From Pristiophorus japonicus (lineage: Eukaryota): DNA of 64,000 bases. The stretch covers positions 28,024,001 to 28,088,000 of the forward strand of contig NC_091996.1 of the NCBI RefSeq assembly GCF_044704955.1. The letters are read 5' to 3'. The position numbers were made by a program, and so were the translations under genes. This document shows positions 62,451 to 64,000 of this stretch, piece after piece; position 1 is the stretch's first letter, and the number at the start of each line of letters is the position of its first letter. Under the pieces are notes generated by a model, which did not search any database, had not been told where the DNA came from, and saw only the letters and a list, made by a program, of their open reading frames with translations.

Positions 62451-63180
62451 TGGGGGAAAATTGGCATTATAACCACCTTTCCCGGTGCTTTTTTTTCCAA
62501 CTTGTGTGACTATACCTTTCTTTAAAACACAGCCCTTAAATATAAGTTTTCCCCCAAATCTGTTCTGTGCACAATTAATCAAAAAGAATCCAGACATGGT
62601 TAATTTTGATCATTTTTCGTATTGACCGAATAGAAATTCATCAAAATTACCGCTTTCGCTTCACTATCAGGCTGCAAATTCAACCGTTAATTTCCGCAGC
62701 GGTAAAAATCGGCATTACACGGGATTCGGGGCGCAAACCATGATCCTCGCCAACTTTATTCCGAGGCCGATACAACTGCGAGTTGGGCCTTGGGAGGATG
62801 AAAAAACACCAAAAAATAAATTGGGGGAAAAAAAAATTCACAACATTTACAAGACACTTATCTATCGAATCGCTGAAAAAGAATTAAAAAATAAAAACTT
62901 TAACTTACCATTTTTGCAGGTCTTCATACTTACCGCTGCTCCAAGGGCTGCACGCAGGTTTTTACATGTTGGTATTTTTCGCTCAAAATACGGGTGCGTA
63001 TTTTGAGATCCAAATTTTTTGCGAAAACGCTATTTCGGGTCTTGCACGGTGGCGCTCCTCTCCCCACTTGAAAACTGCCGCTGCAAAACGTCACCGAGAT
63101 TCCCGCCGACCGGTTTTTCACCAATTATGATGAAATATCGCCAAAAAAACTGGTTGCAAAATTGGTGAATTTCTCGCCCA
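62451..63180. mobile_element. CpG-rich MITE-like element, family A copy 2
   Basis: Ends TGGGGGAAAATTG / GAATTTCTCGCCCA; shares TCCTCGCCAAC..TCCGAGGCCGAT, ACAAGACACTTA, GCAGGTTTTT and AATACGGGTGCG with 20966..21496. Confidence 0.7.
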
Positions 63181-64000
63181 TATATGAGCAGTCAGTTAAA
63201 AGTGTTTAATGTATAACCACAAGTTGAAAGAATGGCTATGCATTTTAACTTGCTGATTTTTCCCTCACTTTGTCTGAAGTCAGGCAATCAGACAAAAGTA
63301 TAATTAAATTATAGTTCATAAATGGAAAATTAATATATATAATATGAATATATACAGATCAGACACATGATTAAACTCTCTCCATCTCATGAGAAACATT
63401 CATTTTTGTCTGATTTTAAAAAAAATATGTTTCCCGACAAACTCAGTAGATCCATCATTAGCTCATTTTGGTTAAATGACAGCTCGCTATTTATATCGAT
63501 AGAGCCATTAGCAAACCAACCTGATATGGCATTAAACAATCTCTTGATTATTAGCCACCATCTGAAAATGACACCAATGAAATCCATATCTCTGACACCC
63601 AGTATGGTCAGGAAAATTAAAGCCTAATATTGCTTATCCCAGTCACATGATACAAGGTCACTGCTTGTCACATTAGATTATGTAATTACACCAGTTTGTC
63701 ATATGGCAGGAAAAAAATGGCCTCATTCTGAAGATTTATGTCCTCTGAAGCCATTGTTACTACAGTACTGTCTTCTAACACTGCAGACCATGTGTTACTG
63801 CTTGCTTAGAGGAATGCTGAGTTGTAACGGTGTAGAACTCTAACTAACTACCCTTTCTGAACTGAGTAAAATATATTGGATCTGAACAATATTTCCATAG
63901 AACTAGAATTATCTGAATGGATTTGAGTGAAATTGTTCATGTGCCCAAGGTATGTTATATTCTTAAAGCTGCAAAGCTAATTAATTACACACACAGTTTT

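Noticed and set aside
63738-63810. ATGTCCTCT (MSS) as the SCAI start
   Set aside because: It continues MSSEAIVTTVL..*, not the expected MSSGGAEDDIP-like sequence; no SCAI coding exon was found in the window

Overview
Eukaryotic (vertebrate) genomic DNA. The repeat content (abundant CR1/HER1-type LINEs with (CATAGAAA)n tails, Deu-domain SINEs, RTE, L2 and Penelope-like elements) points to a cartilaginous fish; this is an inference. The window holds one complete 7-exon protein-coding gene on the + strand, PPP6C (protein phosphatase 6 catalytic subunit; CDS 6337..35053, 918 nt, 305 aa, all introns GT-AG). It has a CpG-island promoter at about 5.9-6.5 kb that looks bidirectional. A second CpG-island promoter and non-coding first exon (about 51.1-51.9 kb) starts a downstream + strand gene, plausibly SCAI by synteny, but no coding exon of it is visible. 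Almost all other long ORFs in the track are fragments or chimeras of decayed retroelements. I found no evidence of a new protein-coding system. The most interesting items are non-coding: a degenerate hammerhead ribozyme in a Penelope terminus; two copies of one solo LTR inserted 12 bp apart in homologous positions of different CR1 3' ends; a solo LTR carrying tandem CTCF motifs; a structured bipartite non-autonomous RTE derivative; a 4-level nested TE stack; a phased 5x CCAAT array; candidate poison exons in PPP6C intron 1; and candidate developmental enhancers (Pbx-Hox/Meis, Sox) in a TE-poor distal region. TE boundaries are read by eye and are approximate unless a TSD is quoted.
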